A DNA stretch of 64,000 nt from Nemertoderma westbladi (GCA_032718475.1 JAUCBJ010001861.1:62001-126000); one strand, 5' to 3'. Shown: positions 1-14,179, counted from the first letter of the stretch. Notes: generated from the letters alone by a model not told the origin. Program-made: numbers and translations.

Positions 1-3000
1 GTTAAGCGAGTAGAGTGCACCGCACCTATATATTTAGTGATGTAAGTTAAATGATTAGAGTGCACCTAAATATTTAGTGATGTAAGTTAAATGATTAGAG
101 TGCACCTAAATATTTAGTGATGTAAGTTAAATGATTAGAGTGCACCGCACCTATATATTTAGTGATGTAAGTTAAATGATTAGAGTGCACCTATAAATTT
201 AGTGATGTAAGTTAAATGATTAGAGTGCACCAATATATTTAGTGATGTAAGTTAAATGATTAGAGTGCACCTAAATATTTAGTGATGTAAGTTAAATGAT
301 TAGAGTGCCCCTATATATTTAGTGATGTAAGTTAAATGATTAGAGTGCTCCTATATATTTAGTGATGTAAGTTAAATGATTAGAGTGCACCGCACCTATA
401 TATTTAGTGATGTAAGTTAAATGATTAGAGTGCACCTATAAATTTAGTGATGTAAGTTAAATGATTAGAGTGCACCAATATATTTAGTGATGTAAGTTAA
501 ATGATTAGAGTGCACCTAAATATTTAGTGATGTAAGTTAAATGATTAGAGTGCCCCTATATATTTAGTGATGTAAGTTAAAATGATTAGAGTGCACCTAT
601 ATATTTAGTGATGTAAGTTAAATGATTAGAGTGCACCAATATATTTAGTGATGTAAGTTAAATGATTAGAGTGCACCTAAATATTTAGTGATGTAAGTTA
701 AATGATTAGAGTGCCCCTATATATTTAGTGATGTAAGTTAAAATGATTAGAGTGCACCGCACCTATATATTTAGTGATGTAAGTTAAATGATTAGAGTGC
801 ACCTATAAATTTAGTGATGTAAGTTAAATGATTAGAGTGCACCAATATATTTAGTGATGTAAGTTAAATGATTAGAGTGTACCTAAATATTTAGTGATGT
901 AAGTTAAATGATTAGAGTGCCCCTATATATTTAGTGATGTAAGTTAAAATGATTAGAGTGCACCTATATATTTAGTGATGTAAGTTAAATGATTAGAGTG
1001 CACCAATTTAGTGATGTAAGTTAAATGATTAGAGTGCACCTAAATATTTAGTGATGTAAGTTAAATGATAAGAGTGCCCCTATATATTTAGTGATGTAAG
1101 TTAAATGATTAGAGTGCCCCTATATATTTAGTGATGTAAGTTAAAATGATTAGAGTGCACCTATATATTTAGTGATGTAAGTTAAATGATTAGAGTGCAC
1201 CAATATATTTAGTGATGTAAGTTAAATGATTAGAGTGCACCTATATATTTAGTGATGTAAGTTAAATGATTAGAGTGCACCGCACCTATATATTTAGTGA
1301 TGTAAGTTAAATGATTAGAGTGCACCGCACCTAAATATTTAGTGATGTAAGTTAAATGATTAGAGTGCCCCTATATATTTAGTGATGTAAGTTAAAATGA
1401 TTAGAGTGCACCTATATATTTAGTGATGTAAGTTAAATGATTAGAGTGCACCGCACCTATATATTTAGTGATGTAAGTTAAATGATTAGAGTGCACCGCA
1501 CCAATATATTTAGTGATGTAAGTTAAATGATTAGAGTGCACCGCACCTATATATTTAGTGATGTAAGTTAAATGATTAGAGTGCACCGCACCAATATATT
1601 TAGTGATGTAAGTTAAATGATTAGAGTGCACCTATATATTTAGTGATGTAAGTTAAATGATTAGAGTGCACCGCACCAATATATTTAGTGATGTAAGTTA
1701 AATGATTAGAGTGCACCGCACCTATATATTTAGTGATGTAAGTTAAATGATTAGAGTGCACCTAAATATTTAGTGATGTAAGTTAAATGATTAGAGTGCA
1801 CCTAAATATTCAGTGATGTAAGTTAAATGATTAGAGTGCACCAATATATTTAGTGATGTAAGTTAAATGATTAGAGTGCACCGCACCTATATATTTAGTG
1901 ATGTAAGTTAAATGATTAGAGTGCACCTATAAATTTAGTGATGTAAGTTAAATGATTAGAGTGCACCAATATATTTAGTGATGTAAGTTAAATGATTAGA
2001 GTGCACCTAAATATTTAGTGATGTAAGTTAAATGATTAGAGTGCCCCTATATATTTAGTGATGTAAGTTAAATGATTAGAGTGCCCCTATATATTTAGTG
2101 ATGTAAGTTAAAATGATTAGAGTGCACCTATATATTTAGTGATGTAAGTTAAATGATTAGAGTGCACCTATATATTTAGTGATGTAAGTTAAATGATTAG
2201 AGTGCACCGCACCAATATATTTAGTGATGTAAGTTAAATGATTAGAGTGCACCGCACCTATATATTTAGTGATGTAAGTTAAATGATTAGAGTGCACCTA
2301 AATATTTAGTGATGTAAGTTAAATGATTAGAGTGCACCTAAATATTCAGTGATGTAAGTTAAATGATTAGAGTGCACCAATATATTTAGTGATGTAAGTT
2401 AAATGATTAGAGTGTACCTAAATATTTAGTGATGTAAGTTAAATGATTAGAGTGCCCCTATATATTTAGTGATGTAAGTTAAAATGATTAGAGTGCACCT
2501 AAATATTTAGTGATGTAAGTTAAATGATTAGAGTGCACCAATATATTTAGTGATGTAAGTTAAGCGAGTAGAGTGCACCGCACCTATATATTTAGTGATG
2601 TAAGTTAAATGATTAGAGTGCACCTAAATATTTAGTGATGTAAGTTAAGCGAGTAGAGTGCACCGCACCTATATATTTAGTGATGTAAGTTAAATGATTA
2701 GAGTGCACCGCACCTATATATTTAGTTATGTAAGTTAAATGATTAGAGTGCACCGCACCTATATATTTAGTGATGTAAGTTAAATGATTAGAGTGCACCG
2801 CACCTATATATTTAGTGATGTAAGTTAAATGATTAGAGTGCACCTATAAATTTAGTGATGTAAGTTAAATGATTAGAGTGCACCAATATATTTAGTGATG
2901 TAAGTTAAGCGAGTAGAGTGCACCGCACCTATATATTTAGTGATGTAAGTTAAATGATTAGAGTGCACCTAAATATTTAGTGATGTAAGTTAAATGATTA

Positions 3001-6000
3001 GAGTGCACCTAAATATTTAGTGATGTAAGTTAAATGATTAGAATGCACCGCACCTATATATTTAGTGATGTAAGTTAAATGATTAGAGTGCACCTATAAA
3101 TTTAGTGATGTAAGTTAAATGATTAGAGTGCACCAATATATTTAGTGATGTAAGTTAAGCGAGTAGAGTGCACCGCACCTATATATTTAGTGATGTAAGT
3201 TAAATGATTAGAGTGCACCTATATATTTAGTGATGTAAGTTAAATGATTAGAGTGCACCTATATATTTAGTGATGTAAGTTAAATGATTAGAGTGCACCT
3301 ATATATTTAGTGATGTAAGTTAAATGATTAGAGTGCACCTAAATATTTAGTGATGTAAGTTAAATGATTAGAGTGCACCGCACCTATATATTTAGTGATG
3401 TAAGTTAAATGATTAGAGTGCACCGCACCAATATATTTAGTGATGTAAGTTAAATGATTAGAGTGCACCGCACCTATATATTTAGTGATGTAAGTTAAAT
3501 GATTAGAGTGCACCTATAAATTTAGTGATGTAAGTTAAATGATTAGAGTGCACCAATATATTTAGTGATGTAAGTTAAGCGAGTAGAGTGCACCGCACCT
3601 ATATATTTAGTGATGTAAGTTAAATGATTAGAGTGCACCTAAATATTTAGTGATGTAAGTTAAATGATTAGAGTGCACCTAAATATTTAGTGATGTAAGT
3701 TAAATGATTAGAATGCACCGCACCTATATATTTAGTGATGTAAGTTAAATGATTAGAGTGCACCTAAATATTTAGTGATGTAAGTTAAATGATAAGAGTG
3801 CCCCTATATATTTAGTGATGTAAGTTAAATGATTAGAGTGCCCCTATATATTTAGTGATGTAAGTTAAAATGATTAGAGTGCACCTATATATTTAGTGAT
3901 GTAAGTTAAATGATTAGAGTGCACCGCACCAATATATTTAGTGATGTAAGTTAAATGATTAGAGTGCACCTATATATTTAGTGATGTAAGTTAAATGATT
4001 AGAGTGCACCGCACCTATATATTTAGTGATGTAAGTTAAATGATTAGAGTGCACCGCACCTAAATATTTAGTGATGTAAGTTAAATGATTAGAGTGCCCC
4101 TATATATTTAGTGATGTAAGTTAAAATGATTAGAGTGCACCTATATATTTAGTGATGTAAGTTAAATGATTAGAGTGCACCGCACCTATATATTTAGTGA
4201 TGTAAGTTAAATGATTAGAGTGCACCGCACCAATATATTTAGTGATGTAAGTTAAATGATTAGAGTGCACCGCACCAATATATTTAGTGATGTAAGTTAA
4301 ATGATTAGAGTGCACCTATATATTTAGTGATGTAAGTTAAATGATTAGAGTGCACCGCACCAATATATTTAGTGATGTAAGTTAAATGATTAGAGTGCAC
4401 CGCACCTATATATTTAGTGATGTAAGTTAAATGATTAGAGTGCACCTAAATATTTAGTGATGTAAGTTAAATGATTAGAGTGCACCTAAATATTCAGTGA
4501 TGTAAGTTAAATGATTAGAGTGCACCAATATATTTAGTGATGTAAGTTAAATGATTAGAGTGCACCGCACCTATATATTTAGTGATGTAAGTTAAATGAT
4601 TAGAGTGCACCTATAAATTTAGTGATGTAAGTTAAATGATTAGAGTGCACCAATATATTTAGTGATGTAAGTTAAATGATTAGAGTGCACCTAAATATTT
4701 AGTGATGTAAGTTAAATGATTAGAGTGCCCCTATATATTTAGTGATGTAAGTTAAATGATTAGAGTGCCCCTATATATTTAGTGATGTAAGTTAAAATGA
4801 TTAGAGTGCACCTATATATTTAGTGATGTAAGTTAAATGATTAGAGTGCACCTATATATTTAGTGATGTAAGTTAAATGATTAGAGTGCACCGCACCAAT
4901 ATATTTAGTGATGTAAGTTAAATGATTAGAGTGCACCGCACCTATATATTTAGTGATGTAAGTTAAATGATTAGAGTGCACCTAAATATTTAGTGATGTA
5001 AGTTAAATGATTAGAGTGCACCTAAATATTCAGTGATGTAAGTTAAATGATTAGAGTGCACCAATATATTTAGTGATGTAAGTTAAATGATTAGAGTGTA
5101 CCTAAATATTTAGTGATGTAAGTTAAATGATTAGAGTGCCCCTATATATTTAGTGATGTAAGTTAAAATGATTAGAGTGCACCTAAATATTTAGTGATGT
5201 AAGTTAAATGATTAGAGTGCACCAATATATTTAGTGATGTAAGTTAAGCGAGTAGAGTGCACCGCACCTATATATTTAGTGATGTAAGTTAAATGATTAG
5301 AGTGCACCTAAATATTTAGTGATGTAAGTTAAGCGAGTAGAGTGCACCGCACCTATATATTTAGTGATGTAAGTTAAATGATTAGAGTGCACCGCACCTA
5401 TATATTTAGTTATGTAAGTTAAATGATTAGAGTGCACCGCACCTATATATTTAGTGATGTAAGTTAAATGATTAGAGTGCACCGCACCTATATATTTAGT
5501 GATGTAAGTTAAATGATTAGAGTGCACCTATAAATTTAGTGATGTAAGTTAAATGATTAGAGTGCACCAATATATTTAGTGATGTAAGTTAAGCGAGTAG
5601 AGTGCACCGCACCTATATATTTAGTGATGTAAGTTAAATGATTAGAGTGCACCTAAATATTTAGTGATGTAAGTTAAATGATTAGAGTGCACCTAAATAT
5701 TTAGTGATGTAAGTTAAATGATTAGAATGCACCGCACCTATATATTTAGTGATGTAAGTTAAATGATTAGAGTGCACCTATAAATTTAGTGATGTAAGTT
5801 AAATGATTAGAGTGCACCAATATATTTAGTGATGTAAGTTAAGCGAGTAGAGTGCACCGCACCTATATATTTAGTGATGTAAGTTAAATGATTAGAGTGC
5901 ACCTATATATTTAGTGATGTAAGTTAAATGATTAGAGTGCACCTATATATTTAGTGATGTAAGTTAAATGATTAGAGTGCACCTATATATTTAGTGATGT

Positions 6001-7365
6001 AAGTTAAATGATTAGAGTGCACCTAAATATTTAGTGATGTAAGTTAAATGATTAGAGTGCACCGCACCTATATATTTAGTGATGTAAGTTAAATGATTAG
6101 AGTGCACCGCACCAATATATTTAGTGATGTAAGTTAAATGATTAGAGTGCACCGCACCTATATATTTAGTGATGTAAGTTAAATGATTAGAGTGCACCTA
6201 TAAATTTAGTGATGTAAGTTAAATGATTAGAGTGCACCAATATATTTAGTGATGTAAGTTAAGCGAGTAGAGTGCACCGCACCTATATATTTAGTGATGT
6301 AAGTTAAATGATTAGAGTGCACCTAAATATTTAGTGATGTAAGTTAAATGATTAGAGTGCACCGCACCTAAATATTTAGTGATGTAAGTTAAATGATTAG
6401 AGTGCACCGCACCTAAATATTTAGTGATGTAAGTTAAATGATTAGAGTGCACCTATATATTTAGTGATGTAAGTTAAATGATTAGAGTGCACCGCACCTA
6501 AATATTTAGTGATGTAAGTTAAATGATTAGAGTGCACCGCACCTATATATTTAGTGATGTAAGTTAAATGATTAGAGTGCACCTATATATTTAGTGATGT
6601 AAGTTAAATGATTAGAGTGCACCGCACCTATATATTTAGTGATGTAAGTTAAATGATTAGAGTGCACCTATATATTTAGTGATGTAAGTTAAATGATTAG
6701 AGTGCACCTATATATTTAGTGATGTAAGTTAAATGATTAGAGTGCACCTATATATTTAGTGATGTAAGTTAAATGATTAGAGTGCACCTATATATTTAGT
6801 GATGTAAGTTAAATGATTAGAGTGCACCTATATATTTAGTGATGTAAGTTAAATGATTAGAGTGCACCTATATATTTAGTGATGTAAGTTAAATGATTAG
6901 AGTGCACCGCACCTATATATTTAGTGATGTAAGTTAAATGATTAGAGTGCACCTATATATTTAGTGATGTAAGTTAAATGATTAGAGTGCACCTATATAT
7001 TTAGTGATGTAAGTTAAATGATTAGAGTGCACCTATATATTTAGTGATGTAAGTTAAATGATTAGAGTGCACCGCACCTATATATTTAGTGATGTAAGTT
7101 AAATGATTAGAGTGCACCTATATATTTAGTGATGTAAGTTAAATGATTAGAGTGCACCTATATATTTAGTGATGTAAGTTAAATGATTAGAGTGCACCTA
7201 TATATTTAGTGATGTAAGTTAAATGATTAGAGTGCACCTATATATTTAGTGATGTAAGTTAAATGATTAGAGTGCACCAATATATTTAGTGATGTAAGTT
7301 AAATGATTAGAGTGCACCTATACTGCACCAATATAGGTGCACCGCACCTAAATATTTAGTGATGC
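1..7365. repeat. Satellite array, 40-bp unit (TTTAGTGATGTAAGTTAAATGATTAGAGTGCACCTATATA) with a 45-bp variant (+GCACC); runs off the left edge
   Basis: Near-identical head-to-tail units are directly visible. Rare variants recur at a 2684-bp spacing (e.g. 1811/4495, 2347/5031, 2721/5405). Confidence 0.98.
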
Positions 7366-7477
7366 GAGGAAATGAAATGGCGAGCGAAGCGAGCAGAGAA
7401 AAATTTACACAATTTCGCTTTTATGACACCATGTCCACTGGACTGGACATTGTCCAGTCCATTTCCTGTATATCACA

Positions 7478-7588
7478 TTCCCTGACTTTTCCCTGATTTA
7501 GTAAATTTTTAACAAGAATTCCCTGATATTTCAAGAAAAAATGAAATTCCCTGACTATTCCAGGTATTCCAGGTGAGTGGCAACCCGC
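7478..7588. mobile_element. Probable right end of a non-autonomous DNA transposon
   Basis: Subterminal TTCCCTGA/TTCCAGGT repeats end in GTGGCAACCC, resembling an hAT-type (C)AGGGTTGCCAC terminus. The partner end is not visible. Confidence 0.4.
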
Positions 7589-7748
7589 CATCTTACTATG
7601 AACAACAATGAATCACTAATTTGCATTTAGTATCAATCAAATTAGTTTATCACTTGATTGATCATTGAAAAGTTTCTCGATATAAAAATAGAGCGACCTA
7701 AAAAATATCAAACGAATTCCAGTTAAGTTAGCCATTTAGCCAACTTAC

Positions 7749-7850
7749 CTTAACATCAGTATCCGATCCATCTTTCTTCTTGTGTGTTTTATGGTGTTTT
7801 TGCTTATGTTTTTTCTTCTCTTTATGCGTTTTGGCCAATTTATCTTCCAT
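7749..7850 (-). CDS. First coding exon of an unidentified spliced gene (MEDKLAKTHKEKKKHKQKHHKTHKKKDGSDTDVK; Lys/His-rich N-terminus)
   Basis: On the minus strand: acceptor TTTTAG (AG at 7859-7858), AAAATGG start context, 34 open codons, then AAG|GTAAGT donor at 7748-7743 (phase 0). A candidate 5'UTR-exon donor GTAAGT lies at 8288-8283. Confidence 0.65.
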
Positions 7851-8870
7851 TTTTGAGCTAAAATATTAAAATAGTTTGTGAAAGAATATGAATGATTAAT
7901 TACATTAAAATTATTAAAATATTAATCCTTCGTTTTCGGAAATTTCTCCACGTTTTAACAAATAAGACTTTTAGAACGATCCCGAGCGTTTTAAATACTC
8001 AAAAACGCTGGAAATGAAAATTAATTCTTTTTTGAAAAGTTGAAATACGCAATGAAATAGCCTCACAATAATTATAAAATTTTCAACGTATTTCCAGAAC
8101 AATGTTATTTTCACATTTTTCCGAAACCAAAATATTCCCAACAGTTTAGGTTGGAGCTTGGCTTAGCGAATCACACATTCTCTTATAGTCAACTTTTACC
8201 TCCCAAATTGTAATTTTGAAATTATGTTTCTTTTTTCAGATACTTACTTAATTAAAAAATTGGACGATTTGACTAATGAAATACTTACATTGGTATTCAA
8301 GATTCTTTTAATTCTGCAGTTGAATCACATCTCCGTGAGAAGTAATGAAATATATACATAAAAGCAATATTACCAAGTTTATTAATTTGGTTATTTTAAT
8401 AATTTATTGTGTACTGTCACTACGATAAAATGTATCGAACGTGGTACGTCTATAACTGAAACACATTCTTTATTAGAATGTCCTTAAACGGTAACGCTAT
8501 AAAATGCTTTTTTATGAACAATGACGTATATAATATTCCAGTGTTTAAGGGATATATACAGTGTAGCTGTGAAACCGTCGTTTATATTATTTTTAGCGCC
8601 AATTTTTATAAATTCAAACCTTGCAGTTGACAAGATTTAGGCCAAATTTTGTACATTATTATTAATGATGATTTTGTGTAAAGATCGAAACGTTTAATTA
8701 ATATAGAACTATGAAGTTAAGGATTATCGCGCTTGCTGTTACTTTCACCCTTTTATCCCGGTATTGTTATTTTTCCACATACAGTACCGGTATTGATAAA
8801 TAAATAATAATCTACATTATCTATGTATTATCTGGTAATGTGGAGCCTATAAAAGTACCAGGTATGAGGT

Positions 8871-9890
8871 AAGTAGCGCTATATAGCGCTACTTCAATAA
8901 TTTTTTGCAAAATTTTTTTTTATTTCATCTAGAGCAGATTTTTATTTGAAAACCGTTTAGCAAGATCTGTCCTACTTTACTTCTCGAGATAATGCTGTCT
9001 GTCCGTTTTACTGTCGGTTTGTCCGTCAGTATGTCTGTCCGTCAATAAAAAACATACTATCTGTCTAAAAAATTACATGTATGGGTTTTCGTGGTCGGTG
9101 ACATCACTCATGATGTCATCAATCAAATTTGGCCTTGTCGGTTCTGTCTGTATGACTGTCAGTCTGTCTGTCAAAATATAACCGACAGTCTGAAAGCCAA
9201 ACAGACAATTTGGAAGTCATCAAATGTTAAAATTGACACTCGAAATGAATTCTGCGACCAGGAAAACCCATATAGCTAAACTTTTAGCTCAATGCTGTGC
9301 TTTTTTCTTCTGCTTTTTTGATAGATATATATTGACAGACTTTCCCACATATTAACAGACAAGTTTTGCGCGGGAAGGTTCAAATTTTTAATTATTGGCT
9401 ATTGATTGGCAGTTATCTCGGAATGGTATTTTTTCATTTCAACGAATTTCAAAATGCTACTCCTCTGCCAATTTTTAATATTTTTTCATGAAATTTTGAC
9501 ATTGAGTAATCTTCAGTATCTTAAAAGTTTGATCCTAACTAATTTTATTGGCTTCGAAATGTGAAAAATGCTAATTTTTTTGAAAAAATAGGAAAATAAT
9601 CAATTAATTTGATAATAAAATTGGAAATAATCAATATAAAAAATTGTTGACCAATACTTTTATTCAACCATATATCCTAATTATAAATACGAAATAACTA
9701 GTTATATAACTAATGTTTGTACGAAGAGTAGTGTTTTTAGTAATAGTAATAATTTTAAGCTACTAATTAGCACTAAATTATTATAACTATATTAAAAAAA
9801 AAAAAAAAAAAAAATTTCTTTAAACAACCTTCAGTTATCGATTGACCCTCATACCAAAAATTATTCATTTTGGACAAAGCCTTGTCCTGT
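8871..9890. mobile_element. Degenerate dispersed repeat, possibly Helitron/Helentron-like non-autonomous element
   Basis: Palindrome AAGTAGCGCTATATAGCGCTACTT at 8871-8894, GTCT/GTCC microsatellite, and hairpin GGACAA-AGCC-TTGTCC near 9872. Related segments occur near 12180-12300 (inverted), 22820-22960 and 57050-57090. Confidence 0.3.
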
Positions 9891-10626
9891 TACTATTGGT
9901 TTTCATTGACTGTCATTATAGCAAATAGACTAATTAAGAAATCAACAATATTACTAATAATTAAATAAAATATAAAAACTTTTGGGTTGGAAGGGGAATG
10001 TTCGTTTATATAGTAGCACCAATACTGGAATACGATTTGAAAACCAGAACTTAACGCATAATAGTATGATATAAGCACCAATATTAAATGAATAAATTCT
10101 TACTACAAGATTGAGATTACGAATAATAATGGGTGGAGTTATATTGGCGGTAGAACTTTATTTAGTGGGGGACGTAAAGTGTTAATATACCAGATTTCAT
10201 AAGCAAGACGGAGTGTGTCATCTCTACAGTGTAAAGTGGCAGTGACGCTGAAATTATCAAGTGTACAAGTATCGAAGTGCATAAGCAGGAGTGCATCGTG
10301 TCGTGTGTGTGATACCATGGGGGGTTACGTATATTACTGTAGAACGGTGATTGTTCATTCGGAGATGATCCTTCCAGGTAAGCCATATATATTAATTTGG
10401 ATTACTTTCTATACAACCGAGGTAGGTAGATGTAGGCATACATAAAGCTGTAAAAATTGTACTGCAAGCTTAACTGCATAGCATCATAGGGTATCTACGG
10501 TAGCCTACCAATGCAGCACTACTGTACTGCTGTATCTGGTACCGGTATCATTAGTTGTAAATCTGGAAATTGAAATTCCGTTTGGTTTGGGTTGCATGAT
10601 TTACGGTGGTTATTATTACCCCAATA

Positions 10627-11856
10627 ATGAGTACGATAGATAGTCTGTACTGCACCCTAATACACAATGTGAGAAACAACGACGAAGGTATTCCAACGGT
10701 AACATCGAGAGAACAGGACCGAGTCGAGGAAAATGTCTCCGCCATTTACAGTGAATTTATCTCAGATATGGACATCGAACCAATCCCAATACTAATGAGA
10801 GAGAAACATAAACGATTTCTTATTAAAGGTATCCAACATCTCAATTCCTGCTTCGAGTGTTTGGACTCCTCCAGACCTTGGCTGTGTTATTGGATTATCC
10901 ACTCGCTCCAACTATTGGGAGAAACTCCTCCGGCAACGTTAATCGCGGACGTTTCCGCATTCCTCGGTCAATGTCAGTCGCCACACGGTGGGTTCGGTGG
11001 TGGACCAGAACAACTGCCACATCTCGCGTGCACTTACGCCGCCGTAAACGTGCTGTGCTTGCTGGGGACCCAGACTGCGTATGACGTTATAGACCGACCG
11101 AAACTGCAGGAGTTTATGCACCGATGTCACCAGGGCGACGGTTCATTTATTATGCACGAAGGAGGTGAGGTCGACATACGCGGCGCCTACTGCGCCGCCT
11201 CGGTCGCCGGTCTCACCAACTTGTACACCGAGAGTCTATTCGATAACACCGGAGAATGGTTGAGTCGGTGTCAAACATACGAGGGCGGGTTCGCCGGGAT
11301 GCCGGGGTTAGAAGCACACGGAGGTTACACCTTCTGCGGTTTAGCCGCTCTTATTCTCCTAGACAGACCGTCGCTATGCGATGTCGACCGCCTCCTCTCC
11401 TGGGTGGCACATCGCCAATGTAAACACGAAGGCGGGTTTCAAGGCCGAACCAATAAACTAGTAGACGGATGCTATTCGTTCTGGCAAGGCGCGTGTTTCC
11501 CTCTTATATATCAAATATTATCGAACAATAATGACCCCGCAGTAGACTCTAATGCATGGCTATTCCATCAAGGAGCGTTACAGGAATACATTCTTATATG
11601 TTGTCAACACTACGGCGGAGGACTTATTGATAAACCCGGGAAATACAGGGACTATTATCACACATGTTACTGCTTGAGTGGATTGTCTGTGGCACAGAAC
11701 AGCAAGTCTAAGGCTAGTCTAGGTAACGAGAGTGTAGAATGCTTCAACGATATAGGCAAAGTACATCCACTGCACAATATAAACCCAGAAGCAGCTTACA
11801 AAGCCATGAAATATTTCAACCAACAGGAAATACCGAAAGTATCTACATTCTTGTAG
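10627..11856 (+). CDS. FNTB: Protein farnesyltransferase subunit beta, single-exon CDS (409 aa)
   Basis: Motifs CLDSSRPWLCYWI, GGFGGGP..PHLA.TYAAV, GGEVDIRGAYCA, CQTYEGG..EAHGGYTFC, GFQGRTNKLVDGCYSFWQ and DKPGK.RDYYHTCYCLSGLS are present. The first ATG is at 10627 and an AATAAA lies near 11976. Confidence 0.96.
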   Translation: MSTIDSLYCTLIHNVRNNDEGIPTVTSREQDRVEENVSAIYSEFISDMDIEPIPILMREKHKRFLIKGIQHLNSCFECLDSSRPWLCYWIIHSLQLLGETPPATLIADVSAFLGQCQSPHGGFGGGPEQLPHLACTYAAVNVLCLLGTQTAYDVIDRPKLQEFMHRCHQGDGSFIMHEGGEVDIRGAYCAASVAGLTNLYTESLFDNTGEWLSRCQTYEGGFAGMPGLEAHGGYTFCGLAALILLDRPSLCDVDRLLSWVAHRQCKHEGGFQGRTNKLVDGCYSFWQGACFPLIYQILSNNNDPAVDSNAWLFHQGALQEYILICCQHYGGGLIDKPGKYRDYYHTCYCLSGLSVAQNSKSKASLGNESVECFNDIGKVHPLHNINPEAAYKAMKYFNQQEIPKVSTFL

Positions 11857-13021
11857 AAAAATGCAATGGTTACAGGGTAAGGCAGATTATGGTCTCCACA
11901 CATTGTCTCATTCACATTATGAACTCTATGAACTGGTAATAATGGTTTCTGTGGTGTGCAATTTCTATTAAAACAAATAAAATATCTACACAACTATAAG
12001 CAGTTATTCTACCATTAAGATTTAATCATATGTGGTGAAAATAAAACTATTGGATGCGTTGGTAATTGAGTATGTAGCAGATTAAAATCTGATTGTGATG
12101 TGACTTAATCCAACATGAATTTTACTTCTTGCATTACAGTCGAGTGAATCTAGCATAAAACCCAAAGCTGACAAAGTGGTCATCTGTCTGTCTTACAATT
12201 TGACGGACACACCGTCATGGTCATAAGGAAAAACAGTGACAACTCGAGAACTAAAAGAGGTCTCACTAAGCGGTTTTCAGATTTGTAATCCTCATTAAAT
12301 TAATCTCTAAAATAAATTAGACTCTGAACTCTGCAATAACTCAAGAGCAAAACTCTGAAATAACAATTTGAAAATTTTAACTGAGGGGGGGGGGGGGGGG
12401 GGGGTTATACCGGTACGAATTGAGTAAGCGCGGGAAGCCAATTTTGTAAATCGGTATGTATTATAGTCAAGCCCATTGTTCGATCTTCCTTGGACATGTG
12501 GTATGCAATATATATTACTGTAGTGCCATTAAACGTTCATATTACTCAATAGGCAGAGGTAATTACAGTATTATTGGTTTCGCAGTGGCTGACTCTTTCC
12601 CCATTCCTTTGTGGTGGTGTGTAGTGTATTAGAGCAAACACTAGCAAGGGATAAGCCCCATCAGAATACGTCATCCCTCATGAGCTGTTACTGTTGGTAC
12701 CAGTGTAAGAACAAGGAGGCACACACACCTGACGTTATACAAGTCTCTCACTACTCAGCCCACTAACCCAGGTTATCACTGCAGTAATGACTGTATTATT
12801 ATATTGCCAGACAATGAAAGGTCGTTTGTTCTTCAACTCAACTTCATAACTAATATATAGAGGCGCCTCCGGTATGCTTGTATCTTTACGTTTAAAGTCC
12901 TTCATTGCTTCATACATATACAACGTTTCACTCACTCCAGTTTTTTTTCACGTATATTTAACTCTAACAAGAATATTTTAATATATATACGCTATATATG
13001 TCTGTGTAACTCGGTGCTTCA

Positions 13022-13887
13022 CTGTAACCTGCTCCTGTACTTATCTACATAATCTTGTAACACGTGTTAAATATCGTTTATTGTTTTGGTTCAATCTATC
13101 CGCCTCCGCAACCTGATTCTTTACTAACCTACATATTGTAACATGTGTTAACTATCATTTATTGTTTTGGTTCTATCTACCCGCCTCTATAACCTGCTCC
13201 TTTACTAACCTACATAATCTTGTAACATGTGTTAACTATCGTTTATTGTTTTGGTTCTATCTCAATCTATCCGCCTCCGCAACCTGATTCTTTACTAACC
13301 TACATATTGTAACATGTGTTAACTATCATTTATTGTTTTGGTTCTATCTACCCGCCTCTATAACCTGCTCCTTTACTAACCTACATAATCTTGTAACATG
13401 TGTTAACTATCGTTTATTGTTTTGGTTCTATCTACCCCCCTCTATAGCCTGCTCCTTTACTAACCTGCATAATCTTGTAACATGTGTTAACTATCGTTTA
13501 TTGTTTTGGTTCTCTATAACCTGCTCCTTTACTAACCTGCATAATCTTGTAACATGTGTTAACCATCGTTTATTGTTTTGGTTCTATCTACCCGCCTCTA
13601 TAGCCTGCTTCTTTACTAACCTGCATAATCTTATAACATGTGTTAACTATCGTTTATTGTTTTGGTTCTATCTACCCGCCTCTATAACCTGCTCCTTTAC
13701 TAACCTGCATAATCTTGTAACATGTGTTAACTATCGTTTATTGCTTTGGTTCTATCTACCCGCCTCTATAACCTGCTTATTTACTAACCTGCATAATCTT
13801 GTAACATGTGTTAACTATCGTTTATTGTGTTGGTTCTATCTTCCCGCCTCTATAGCCTGCTCCTTTACTAACCTGCATAAACTTGTA
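13022..13887. repeat. 84-bp minisatellite (about 10 copies)
   Basis: Unit TGTAACATGTGTTAACTATCGTTTATTGTTTTGGTTCTATCTACCCGCCTCTATAACCTGCTCCTTTACTAACCTGCATAATCT. Confidence 0.95.
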
Positions 13888-14179
13888 ATACGTTTTATTT
13901 ACAGATTCAAAATCCCAAATTCCCTATTTCCAAAGCCCAAATTATTTACCCAAATTTCTTTATTTCTAAATCCTAAATTTCTTATTCCCAGATCCCAAAG
14001 GGACGCGTTGTTCAACTGAGCCCCGTCGGCGGAAACAGCCAGTGCCGCTAGTCGGTGGGGTTGACTTGTTTACAAGAGGCTTATTATGAGGCATAATGAG
14101 ATACGCATTGCGTATCTTCTTCAGTCAACCAATAATGGCCGATCAACAAATAAAAACCGATAATCACTAATATAATGGC

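Noticed and set aside
14058-14130. Hammerhead ribozyme on the minus strand (CUGAAGA followed by a stem)
   Set aside because: The required GAAA after stem II is missing.
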